DNA of 64,000 nucleotides from Eledone cirrhosa (taxonomy: Eukaryota), in contig OZ024741.1 in the NCBI GenBank assembly GCA_964016885.1, forward strand, positions 343,046,001 to 343,110,000. Reading direction: 5' to 3'. A program made the translations under genes and the position numbers. This document shows positions 15,991-29,430 of the stretch, in pieces. Numbering within the stretch: position 1 is the first letter of the stretch; each line of letters opens with the position of its first letter. Below the pieces are notes generated by a model. The model searched no databases, was not told the origin of the DNA, and saw only the letters and a program-made list of their open reading frames with translations.

Positions 15991-16162
15991 GGAAGTGATA
16001 AATATAATGATGACCTATTAAACTTCAGCTATCGGGATCAGATAATCGTACGTTAGAGAGATTGTAGGGTGACATTTTGATATAAGAAACTCTAAATGAT
16101 ATAAATATATTTACAAAGAAAATTAATATTTTCAAGATATTGAGATTAAAACAAACAAAAAT

Positions 16163-16360
16163 AGTAAAAATAGAAGCTTTCACCATATTTTTCACTAAAG
16201 AAATTTTAGCCTGATAGTGGGGTTTAAAACCCTCTAAAAAGTGGAAAAGGATGAGTGTATCTCAATATCCATCCTTTTCCATTTTTAGAGGGTTTTAAAC
16301 CCCACTATCAGGCAAAAATTTCTTTAGTAAAAATATACGGTGAAAGATTCTATTTCTACT
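16163..16360. repeat. About 90-bp-arm hairpin of a dispersed repeat (related to 2299-2388)
   Basis: cctgatagtggggtt / aaccccactatcagg arms. Confidence 0.75.
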
Positions 16361-17063
16361 AAATTTCAAACTTCGTTCGCTGTTTCAAAAAAAAATTTAC
16401 TTAAGAATAGTGAAAATAAAAATAAGAATAAAGAATATATGTAAAAAATGGACACTGTAACACTAACGTACAATTACGTCATGAGAAAGACTCGTATGAA
16501 TAGTCCATAATTCTATAAATAGTATAAGTTATCTAACATCCTCACGAATATATTACGAAAACAAACAACTTGAGATTAGTTGTAAACAAAACGCCAAAAT
16601 ACCAACACCAATCTAGCATTAAAAACAACAATAACAAAAAAAAAAAAAAAAAAATGAAAATGGCTGATATAATCTAAGCACAATTAATTAGGAGATATAA
16701 ACAAAATGCCGTGACTAATCTAAACGGTTTAACCCCCAAGGATAAATGTTTTAGTGAGATACAATCAAGATAATATATATATAAGTATGTACACGTACAT
16801 ACATATATGTATACCGACGTACAGTAGTATGTATATATATATATACATACATGCACACATATATATATGCACGTATGAATTCACCGAACATTTATTATAA
16901 TGCTCGGTGTGTTTGTAAACAAACATCCCGTATTAAGCCGTTTCATTTTTTCCGTTTATCAATATATATATATATATATATATATATTCCTTTCCATATA
17001 CTGTACGATTGTGTTGTTATTTCTGTTTACCTTTTTCACACACACACACACACATATATATAT

Positions 17064-17815
17064 AATTGAATAAACAAGAGAGATGAACACTAATATAAAC
17101 ATACATGTGTTCGAATCGTAAGGACCAAGTTTGATAGGGTGAAAAAATACTAACTACAGCAATACGGTTTGTCAGACTTAATTTTAAGTATTAAATTAAG
17201 AAAAATAACAGACCTATATCGGGCAATCGCCTGGTAACAACTAGACAGTGTTGGAGACTGCTTCGCAACATCTTATTAAGTGAAGTCCACACTTTTCTCT
17301 GCTCCTCTGTAGTTGTTGAGAAATTAGTGATCCTTCCACTTCTAAAAATATTAGAGGAATGAATTGTGTACGATAAGAATTATCGCATGTGTCTTCGAAA
17401 CCCAGCTTGTCTCGAAATTCCATGCCGCTAAAAATAGCAGCCTGGTTGACAGGACATTAAAATTAGCTCTACATGATGGAGCCGACAAATATATAGTGAG
17501 TTAGAAACTCAGAGTAGTCTCTTATAATTAAATAGCTCTAAGAAAAAAGCTTTTCCGAGCCATGTAATATAATTGAATAAACAAGAGAGATGAACATAAA
17601 TATAAACATACATGTGTTCGAATCGTAAGGACCAAGTTTGCTAGGGTGAAAAAATACTAACTACAGCAATATGGTTTGTCAGACTTAATTTTAAGTATTA
17701 CATTAAGAAAAATAACAGACCTATATCGGTTAATCGCCTGGTAACAACTAGACAGTTTTGGAGACTGTTACGCAACATCTTATTAAGTGAAATCCACACT
17801 TTTCTCTGCTCCTCA
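17064..17815 (-). mobile_element. Partial tandem (about 1.5 x 507 bp) non-coding element with one hammerhead per unit
   Basis: Direct repeat starts at 17064 and 17571; hammerhead motifs at 17236-17317 and 17743-17815 on minus strand; flanked by (TA)n. Confidence 0.75.
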
Positions 17816-17896
17816 TATATATATATATATATATTGCCACACATCTCGGAAGTTGTTTTTCGCGAATTTCCAATAGCCGAAATGCGATTCTCGCTA

Positions 17897-17939
<43 letters not shown>

Positions 17940-17940
<1 letters not shown>

Positions 17941-18759
17941 TTATAAGAAAATTAGGTTTTTTTTACACAAAGAAACGAGCTATCTTACACGAGGGAAAGT
18001 ATAAGGAAAATAAATCGAAAATACAGCTGGAGTCTTTTTAAGAATATTTATTTGTTTCCTTTACCGGTTCCACAGTTCTAATGCTTTTCAAAAGTAGAAT
18101 TGAGATGGAGGGTTTGTGGTTTGTCTCGCATCTGGTTGGTGTTCGAAAATTATTTCTGTTTCATGTGGAAAGAGTGGCTCGAATTGCTGGTTTTTGTTAA
18201 AAAAATAATTTGCTTGGTTGATGACTGTCACGTGAATATGTACAATGAATTTCGCGCCAGTTCGCGTTCAAAGTTTTATTGTATTTGTCTTTAAAAATTT
18301 CGCTCAAACTGTTGTTTTTTATTAGTGTAATTTGGTTGGTTGATGACTGTCACGTGAATAAGTACATCAAACTTCGCGCCAGTTCGTGTTTGAGGGTTTT
18401 TTATTGCCATTTTCAAAGTTACATGATTGGCCATATAATATAGATGGTTTGTGATAGAGATAATGGTTAAGAAGTGGAGGGGGGGGGGGGACAAATCGTT
18501 CTGGTTCAGTGGGTATGGCTAATGTGGTGAGGTGTCAAAATTCAGACTTTCTATTGAAATAAATGACAGTCACCAATCCAGCAATTCAAGCCACTCTTTC
18601 CATAAAACAGAAATAACTTTCGAACACCAACCAGATGCGAGAAAAACCACAAACCCACCATCTCAAATCTACTTTTGAAAAGCATAAGAACTGTGAAACC
18701 GATAAAGGAAACAAATAAATATTCTTAAAAAGATTCCAGTTGCATTTTCGATTTATTTT

Positions 18760-18766
<7 letters not shown>
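17940..18766. mobile_element. Fold-back element with about 190-bp arms
   Basis: Arms 18000-18190 / 18578-18766; consensus of arms GAAAC-CG-GTA then AATAAA; internal 65-bp direct repeat near 18215 and 18336. Confidence 0.6.
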
Positions 18767-18800
<34 letters not shown>

Positions 18801-18903
18801 TGTATATATAGTATATTTGGCAATATACTGTATGCTTAATTAAAAACATTTTGAAGACCTTACGCTATTGTTTTAAAGTAGTGACTATGTAGCTTACTTC
18901 TTT

Positions 18904-18996
18904 TTTTCAACAAACAAAGGGAGATAAGCTGACAGATCTCTGTTTCATACTGTTGGTATTCATCAGAGCTTAGCACTCGCCTTTGTCTGTTGAAAA
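18904..18996 (-). ncRNA. Type I hammerhead ribozyme, canonical and compact, with extended stem I
   Basis: Minus strand: taagct-CTGATGA-atac(caaca)gtat-GAAA-cag(agat)ctg-TC-agctta; stem I continues about 20 bp past an internal loop. Confidence 0.9.
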
Positions 18997-19082
18997 TTAT
19001 AAATGTTGGATTCTTATAGAATTCCAGTAATAATCAGGAACTGATTATACAGAGCGATAAATACAGACATATACATATATGT

Positions 19083-19830
19083 GAGATAAACACATACATA
19101 TACATATATGTGTTCAAATCGTAAGGGACCAGATTCGCTAAGGTGAAAAAGATACTAACTATGGACAATAGGGTTTGCCAGACTCAATTTAAGAATAAAT
19201 CAAGAAAATAAATACAAACCGGAATTGTGGTAGCTACCAATCACCAGACAGCGTTTGGCTATGCTGTTTAACAATCCAATTGTGAAGAGAATTACCAATT
19301 CTTATTGTTCATCAGTGGGTGAAAAATTAGTAAACTCCTCACTTCTAAGTACATCAGAAAACTGAATTGTGTGCGTATATACAATAATGCACGTGGTATC
19401 AGAGCTAGCGTGTCTCACAAACTCATACCACTAAAAATAGCAGCCAAGTTTACTTGACATTTAAATTAGCTCAACAAATCAACGGAGCCGAATATATCAA
19501 AGGTATATATTGAGTTAGAAACTCAAAATAATCTCTTACAATAAAATAGCTCTAAGAAAGAGATTTTTCCGAGCCGTATATTATAATTGAATATAAAAGA
19601 GAGATAAACACAGACATGTACATATATGTGTTCAAATCGTAAGGGACCAGATTCGCTAAGGTGAAAAAGATACTAACTATGGACAATAGGGTTTGCCAGA
19701 CTCAATTTAAGAATAAATCATACCACTAAAAAATCTGGTCCCTTACGATTTGAATACATATGTATATGCCGGTGTTTATCTCTCTTTTATATTCAATTAT
19801 AATATACGGCTCGGAAAAATCTCTTTCCGT
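19083..19830 (-). mobile_element. Relative of the 17064 element: 518-bp unit, partial tandem plus inverted copy
   Basis: Repeat starts 19083 and 19601; inverted segment about 19732-19828; hammerhead motif 19241-19322 (-). Confidence 0.75.
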
Positions 19831-19843
19831 GAGCTATTTCCGT

Positions 19844-20232
19844 GAGCTTGCGAGAATGAAAAGAATATACATGCCTGTATATTCTTTTCATTCTCGCAAG
19901 CTCCGATGAACTGACTGGTTATAACTTTGTATTGGCGATCGAGTAACGTGAAAATAAGCGGATAGCGATCTCTAGACCTATCAGTTCAGAGAAACAATTG
20001 TCAGCAATGAGATTAAAACCCTTTTTTGCATAGCAAACCGTGTCACTTATCTTTCCTGATTTATTATTACTCCAAGTGTTTACAACATAGGAATTACAGC
20101 GTACTCGCAGCATCACTATGGAAACGCCTTGTTGAGTCAAACTTAGCCAAGCGTTGATATCATCCACTACCCGGAGTACCATAACTGGACTACACCTAAG
20201 TGGACTACCTATAACAATAATTTGTTACCCCG
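19844..20232 (+). mobile_element. Fold-back element with variant hammerhead (CCGATGA core)
   Basis: Perfect 28-bp hairpin about 19844-19903; gct-CCGATGA(19903-09)...GAAAC-AATT-GTC-agc(19991-20005). Confidence 0.55.
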
Positions 20233-20311
<79 letters not shown>

Positions 20312-21430
20312 GCATGCATGCGTAAGTTACTGTCTAGAGTACACTCTCTTTAACCTAATTATCTAAGTTATTGCCCTTGGTTTCTTTGAAATACTTTCTT
20401 TTACCACCTTCTAGTTTTAAGCGTTCAACAATTGACGTCGAAGAGTTGAAGTTTGACACAGTAAGAGAATAGTTCTCTCTGTGACCAACTTTTGGCTTGT
20501 GGTCCTGAATCTTATTGAATGGTAACTTTATAATTAAACCTAATCACTTAGTCTTTAACCAAAATATACCTTAAGGATGTAATCTGATGTAAAAGGTTGA
20601 ATATCTTGCATATCTTTAAATCGACCACGTTTATAGTAAAATGAAGATCAATCTATATCATAATTATATTGTATGAATTGAATTTAATGAATATTTGTGA
20701 ATGTTTGACCCATAACCTGATATGCTAAATAGAAGGCCTGCAACCAATATACAACTAAACAGAATAGCGACCACAATGATACACCCACCCTCTCACACAC
20801 AGATAGAGCGACACAGATACACACATACACACATACACACAAACGCACTCACACATGTATATATAGGGGTTTTATCTATTTTTAAACTCCCTATACAGAC
20901 CATTCTACAGATGCATATTTAACCCTTATACATGACCCTTATACAAGCATACATAGATAAACATATTTACTAGTATATAATAGAAAAAATAGTTTAGTTC
21001 AATTTTTGAAAAAGGCATCGAAACTAAAGGAAAATAACTGAAAAGGTTTATAATTAGGTTGAGTGGTGGTGGTGGCGCTGGTGGGCGTTGTATGCTGTAC
21101 ACAATAAATTAACAATTAATTGACATTTCACTTCGAGTCAGACAAAGAACAAAAATCTAGCCGCAATTGTTGACGATCCAGAGGAGAAGAGGAGATAACT
21201 TTAAGAACTTAATGATAAATTTCTAATTGAATTATGACACTTGTGAAAAGGGCAGTTTAATCTTTTTCTGGATGTAGGCGGACATTATAGAGAGTATTTC
21301 AGTGTATTTTGACTTTGTCATTATAATAAAGTCTTACCATGTCTCACAACATGTTATTTATAGGTTTGTATATAGAAATGAATTTAATACACAGACAGAC
21401 ACACACACGCACCACACATACACACTCACA

Positions 21431-21498
<68 letters not shown>

Positions 21499-21500
<2 letters not shown>

Positions 21501-21768
21501 AGGCACGTGGCCAAGTGGTAAGGGTGCTGTACTTAAGATCATAATGTCGTGAGTTCGATTCCTGGGTTGCGTGTTGTGTTCCTGAAAAAAAAAACACTTC
21601 ATTTCACCTTGTTCCAGTATACTCAGCTGAAAATGAGTACCAGCAATAGTTGGGAGCTTAACCCTGTGATGGACTGGCGACCTGTCCAGGGGGAAATCGT
21701 ATACTCACAGTCGCTTCACCCCATGAAACCGGCCAAATGAGCCTTCTGGCTCAAAAAGAACTCTAGAC
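21499..21768 (+). mobile_element. tRNA-derived SINE family B (also 27617-27920 +, 60727-60999 -)
   Basis: A box tggccaagtggt, B box gagttcgattcc, central tactcagctgaaaatgagtacc, 3' ctgtgatggactggcgacctgtccagggg. Confidence 0.85.
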
Positions 21769-22186
21769 TATATATATATATATATTCTGAGTTCAAATAC
21801 ATTCTGAGTTTAAATCCTGCCGAAGTCGATTTTGCCCGTCATCCTTCTGGGGTCGATAAAATAATGGACAAATAAAGTATTAGTATCGGTAAACTGACTT
21901 TCCTGGCTTATGTCTAAATTAGAAATACTTAGAGTAGAATGAAATATTTTATTATAGTTAAAAATCTACAATCATGTCTCAGATGATCAAAAACGTTATA
22001 TATAAGCAGTTGAATACTCATAAAACGATTTGAAAGATGTACATCAATGCCGTTGGTTGTTGGGAATAAAGGAAAAAGATCGGCGGATGACTGTTGTTAG
22101 GCGTTATGAATATTCATAGATCAACGTAGATGTGATTATAATTAAATGAACATATTATCATTATTTATATTGAAAATTAAAGTGTA

Positions 22187-23111
<925 letters not shown>

Positions 23112-23687
23112 CTATTAAGAGTTAGAACTTAATATTAATATCTGTCAACACTGCAATAATCAAAGTAGTTACTCAATCTATTTCATGAAAGAAATGTTTA
23201 GCCTGTCGGTTTTAAATTTTGCAAAATGAACAGGGTCTTGTATCGGCAAAATAAAATGAATCACGATTGAACAGTATAATGTGATTTTTCTTTCAGAAAT
23301 AAGCTAAGCTTAATAAATGCACCCATTATATATAAACATTTCTCTAGATTTCTGGATTTCAAACTCAAATATATTGTCCGATTTTCAAGCTGGATTACTA
23401 AAGGTATGTTTTTATTGGCTATATCTCAGTATGATAGGACTTACTGTTACATCTATATAATTTTACCAAAAATAGTTTCATACAATCAAATATATCAAAC
23501 AATATGAGACATAAATTAGATTCCAATGCAATAATCAAGACATACATTGTGATTTAAGAGCCTAAATAACACACATATGTACACTTAAATTTAGAGATTC
23601 AGAAGGCACAGAAATCACTACAAATTCAAACATGAGAAAAAAAGAGAGAGAGAGAGGGGCGAGAGAGAGAGAGAAAGAGAAAGAGAT

Positions 23688-23777
<90 letters not shown>

Positions 23778-23954
23778 GAATATGTGGCACGTTGCAAATC
23801 ATATTTCACTCCTACCTGTGTTGTAGAGTGTTTATTAATTGATAGCTGGGGCTGTCATTGTATCTCTCTAAATAGCATAACATGATGTTATAAGGAAAAA
23901 ACACTCAACGTTTTTATGTATCCTTCCAATTTTGATGCGGTATCGCATGGATAG

Positions 23955-24150
23955 TATAATAGGCGCTGAGCTAGCCAGCCGCAGGTGTGAACCTCGCGAG
24001 TTGGAATGGCTCTTCCAGCGCATCTCCCTTACCATCCTCCGGGGCAACGCCTTCTCCATCCGGTCCGCCGGGGCTGTGGGTAGGCCAGCACATGGGACCC
24101 CATTTGCTCACCATACGTATTAATAAGCAAAGTCCATATTATTATAAAGG
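23955..24150 (+). mobile_element. 3' fragment of a CRE-clade non-LTR retrotransposon
   Basis: GC-rich island translating to EWLFQRISLTILRGNAFSI, like the C-terminal QRxSxxxxRGNA motif of CRE elements. Confidence 0.7.
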
Positions 24151-24599
24151 GAATCGTTATTTATGAATATATACTAGATAATTTTCAACATATAGAAGGA
24201 ATATGTGTTCATAAAATACGAAGATGAAGGCTAGATTTCCATAACTTCTTTTATTACGTAGTTAGTCACAATACATATTCCTGAGGTGTCATCTCTACGC
24301 CACGATGCCATAACGCAATATTTGACACGGTGTCATCAGACAACCTCTTGGGTAATACATTCAATCCATAATGTAATCCATTTCTAAGGCAATGCAGCAT
24401 ATCAATAGGGAGATAGACCTGGTTTATACGGTTTTATTCCAAAAGCCTCTCTCCATAAAGAGAAAGAGAACTACAAGAAGAAATAGAAATATAGACGAGC
24501 GTGAGAAGAGGTAGAAACTGAAAAAAGGTTTTTGTAGAGAAAATATGTGTGTAATCAGTTATCTATACTCACACGCGCGCGCATACACACACACACACA

Positions 24600-24689
<90 letters not shown>

Positions 24690-25350
24690 TATATATTGTT
24701 AGAGAAAGAGAGCGAGAGGAGGGGGAAGCGTTCATGAGATGAATAGCTGACATTGTCACACAAAGGAGCAGAGATGTTTAAGCGTTGGTGTAAAAGACTT
24801 TTACATTGCATCATCACTCAATGTCGTCTCCCTTCCTCTTATTTTCGAATTCTGGCTGTTTACTTTATCACACCCCACCTCAGCTTTCCCACGTCACTCT
24901 CAATGATAGCAGTGTTGCCAAAATACTAGGTCGGTGGACACTGAACCATAGGCACAGAGAGAGAGCGAGAGAGAGAGAGAGAGAGCAAAACGTATCCACA
25001 ATCTAGGCTTCATACTCTCGTAATTTTAGCTATTTCTACTTCATTAATCTAACTAGCAGAAAAACCACCCTCCGGGTGGTTTTCTGCTAGTGTGTGTAGT
25101 GTGTATATTGATATTATAGCAAATATATATATATATGATACATCAAATAAAATCGTAATTGACAATATATAATACATAGAAATTGAACGAAGACTGTTAC
25201 ACTGTCTTATTTAATCAGAAACGTAATCCATGATACATTAAAAAAGACGATATTATATATAAACTGCAGGAACGGAGATCAATCTAATCAATTATACTAT
25301 CCTCTTCTCTAAATTCGTAGCGTTTTTACCGATGTTATTATAACCAACAA

Positions 25351-26112
25351 GGGTGGTAGATTGGCAGTATCGGTAGAGAATCGGACACGATGCTTTGCAG
25401 CATAGAGTTACGTCCCTTTTCGGTCTGAGTTCAAATCCCACCGAGGTTTACTTTGCCTTTCATCCTTACGGGGTCGATAAAATAAAGTACCAGTAATGCA
25501 CTGGGTAATTGTTGGCCTTGTATCTAAAGTAGAAACAGTTATTAGAACCAACAAGGGATTGGCAGTATCGGTAGAGCCGTCGGACGTCATGCTTTGCAAC
25601 ATGGAATTACGGCCCTTAACGGTTTGAGTTCAAATCCCTCCAAGGTTAACATTGCCTATCATCCTTACGGGGTCGATAAAGTACCAGTAATGAACTGGGG
25701 TAATTGTTGGCTTTATGATAAAAGTAGAGACAATAAATCTAATGTCATTAGAACGTTCGGATAGAATGCTTTAGACTCTAAACATTCCACCTGAACCTTC
25801 TAAAGTTTAGAGTATTCATTCCAGTTCTTTGCGTTCAAATCCCGATATTCAAATCAACTTTGAGTCGTCCATTCAAGATCGATAAATACAGTACCAGTCC
25901 TGTATTGGGATACAATTCTGCCTCTCCTTCTCACCCCCCCTCTATCATTCTCTTTCTTTATTCTCGAAGAAATATGTTGTATTCCGATATGGAGAGAGGA
26001 TGGACTCCGCCAGGTTTAAAGAAAATGACTAAGAAATGCCGTATGTCACTACAGAACTCATGCGATTCTACCAGGGCCGTATGTCACTACAGAACTGATG
26101 CGATTCTACCAG
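25351..26112 (+). mobile_element. Three head-to-tail SINE A-type copies; the third has an alternative tail
   Basis: Copies at about 25351-25540, 25555-25730, 25742-26075; 20-bp direct repeat at 25334 and 25538. Confidence 0.85.
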
Positions 26113-26189
26113 GAGATATGGGTCCATATATAAATACACGATGGCTGCAAACTCTGCTAAGTGTATTGCAATCGCTTGTCAGATTATAG

Positions 26190-26679
26190 AGTTTGGTACA
26201 CTTTTAGGCTACGGCCAGCCACACAAACCTGTAACATATCATGAACAAGAAATACCTGTGCTTTGAAGGTGTTTTAAGTGGGGAAAGGTCTTGCATTCGA
26301 TCAATCAAACTCTCTGAGCATCGAAAACACTACCCGAAAAGGAGAACTGGTCAACATCATCGAATACTTCCGAAGCTGCAGGTTTTTTTTCAGAGTTTCC
26401 CTCTCTTAGAAAGGTGTTGTGACAACTGGGGGGGTCTTTCACTCTCAGGTAAAACAAAAATAAATGTACTATTTGGATGGCCGTTGACTTTGCTGAGTTC
26501 CTCCGCCCTTTGCTGGATCTTTTATTTCCTCCCACAGAGTGTCCAAATATCACCCTCCTCACCGAGCAAGCTTGGTGGGGTTACCGGTTTAGTCGCCGAC
26601 AACCCGACCATGAGACATACATAAATACATACGTACATGCATATACATACATACATACATACATACATACATACATACA

Positions 26680-26713
<34 letters not shown>

Positions 26714-27320
26714 CATACATATATACATGGTGGCTGCCAACTCGTTTTCGAGTACGGCCACTACTTTATATTCATGTAGGAGAACCCCTACCGATGCGCT
26801 GAACGAGTGTGACTTTTTAGTCCAGCCAGCGACTTGAAAACTCTGGTACAAACACTACACTTGTGACAATTATTGACACATAGTGCTGGGCCCATGGTAC
26901 CATGTGACGACAAGTGCAGAGAGATCTCCAGATATAAAGCAATGCCTGTGCCGTGAAGCTTTTATAGTGAGCAAAGGCACTGCACAAAGCCAGTCCCACT
27001 CTCTTAACCAAGATGATATTTACCAAAAAGAAGAACAAGTCAACATCATTGGATACCATCAGGGTTGCAGGTGTTATATCAGAGTTTTCCTTCTCCTAGA
27101 ATTCTGCCTTGACAATGGCTAAGGGGTCATCTCTCCCGGTGATTTTGGATGGCTATTGACTCTTAAGAGCCCCTTTGCCTTTTGACAGGTTTTGTTTTTA
27201 GTCCTGCAGGATGTCCAAAGCCACCCTCCTCACCAAGAAACCTTGGTGGGGTTGCCAGTTTAGTCGCCAACGACCGGACCATGAGACAGGTTGTACTGGG
27301 ATACATGTTACCAGTAGCAC
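26190..27320 (-). mobile_element. Two copies of a short RTE-related non-autonomous retroelement (26190-26616; 26727-27320)
   Basis: ctaggagaaggaaaactc RTE-5'UTR-like motif, shared body gatgatgttgac..., 3' end tggccgtactcgaaaacgag; homologous to 56857-57235. Confidence 0.6.
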
Positions 27321-28399
27321 CAACTGGTGACCTGACACACATATATACATACATACATAAATACATACATACTTCACTAACGCCCTTTTTGAAGTAAAAT
27401 GATTTTATTTTACGTCGCAGTTTACATACTTCTAAACTCCTGGAAATCATCGCAGTTGAGTTTCGTTTGTTGTCGAACAAAAGAACATCCTACTCGTAAA
27501 ATTAACATACAAATGGTCGAACATTTCACAAATGCATACATAGTTAACGGAGTTCTCAGGGAGATTCAGTGTCACACAGTGTGTGACAGAGATGGCTCTT
27601 TGAATTACAGACATTACGCGTGACCTTGTGGTAACGATGTTGGACTTACGATCATAATGTCGTAGGTTCGATTCCTGGGGTGGGTTGCGTGTTGTGTTCT
27701 TGAGCAAAACACTTCAGTTCACGTTACTCCAGTATACTCAGCTGAAAATGAGTACCAGCAATAGCTGTGAGGTTTAACCCTGTAATGGAATGACCTCCTG
27801 TACAGGAAGGGGGGTGGCGAGGTCTTGTACTCTCAGCCGCTTAACGCCCTGAAACCGGGATAAGTACCAGCCTAACGAATCATCTGAAAGATATCTTAAG
27901 ACAGATTTTAGACTTTAGACTCAGTTTAGCCAGCTTAGTGGACTGCAGCAACGTGAAATAAAGTGTCTCGCTGAAGGATACAGCATGCTACCGCGAATTG
28001 AGTCCACATGATATCAATTTATCAATCTCACGATCATGAGCCGAGCACCCTAACCACGAAGCCACACGCCTGAGTACCCATTGATGGACAAATATGATAA
28101 CTCAGCGTGAGGTGAATAAATATTTATCGTTATGTTTTTTTTTCCTCCTTCGTAATATTCTGGAGTAGATTCTATGGACTATATATCACAACTGACCTCA
28201 TCACACCCATCTTACACCCTCCTCTCTTGATACCGAAACAACATTTGGTCGTATGCGTAGTGATACCAATCAATAAATTACACACTGTCTCCCAGGTGTC
28301 CAACGCCAATAGTCAACTCTGTGTGAGTAGATTCATCCAACTTTCAATGGACGACTGGTTGTGCTGAAAGTAGATATGTAGTTTTGGGCAATACGCCAA

Positions 28400-29111
28400 T
28401 CATCAGCACCAACAGTACTACCATGACTACCAACACCTCAACTAGTAACACCACCACCACCATTACTACCAACACCTCAACTAGTAACACCACCACCACC
28501 ATTACTACCAACACCTCAACTACTAACACCACCACCACCATTACTACCAACACCTCAACTAGTAACACCACCACCACCATTACTACCAACACCTCAACTA
28601 CTAACACCACACCACCATTACTACCAATACCTCAACTACTAACACCACCACCACCATTACTACCAACACCTCATCTACTAACACCACCACCACCATTACT
28701 ACCAACACCTCAATTAGTAACACCACCACCACCATTACTACCAACACCTCAACTAGTAACACCAACATTACCACCAGCAGCACCACCACCACCACCACTA
28801 CCACCACCAACACCACCACCAGCACTACCACCACAACCACCACCACCACCAATCACCACTACCACCACCACCACCACCACCACCAACCACCACCACAACC
28901 ACCACCACCACCAGCACCACCACCACCTCCACCACCATCACCACCACCATCACCACCACCAGCACTACTACCACCACAACCACCATCACCACCCACCACC
29001 ACCACCACCACCACCACCACCAACCACCACCACCACCACCACCATCACCACCACCAGCACTACTACCACCACAACCACCATCACCACCAACCACCAGCAC
29101 CAACCACCAGC

Positions 29112-29142
<31 letters not shown>

Positions 29143-29430
29143 CCACCACCACCACCCACCACCACCACCACCAACCACCACCACAACCACCACCACCACC
29201 AGCACCACCACCACCTCCACCACCATCACCACCACCAGCACTACTACCACCACAACCACCACCCACCACCACCATCACCACCAACACCACCACCACCACC
29301 TCCACCACCACCACCACCACCACCACCACTAGCACCATCACCACCACCAGCACTACTACCACCACAACCACCATCACCACCAACCACCAGCACCAACAAC
29401 CACCACCAGCACCACCACCACCACCACCAC
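28400..29430. repeat. 39-bp minisatellite grading into (CCA)n
   Basis: accaacacctcaactagtaacaccaccaccaccattact about 9x. Confidence 0.9.

Noticed and set aside
21499-21575. tRNA gene
   Set aside because: A/B boxes belong to a SINE head; no full cloverleaf. The same holds for family A heads.
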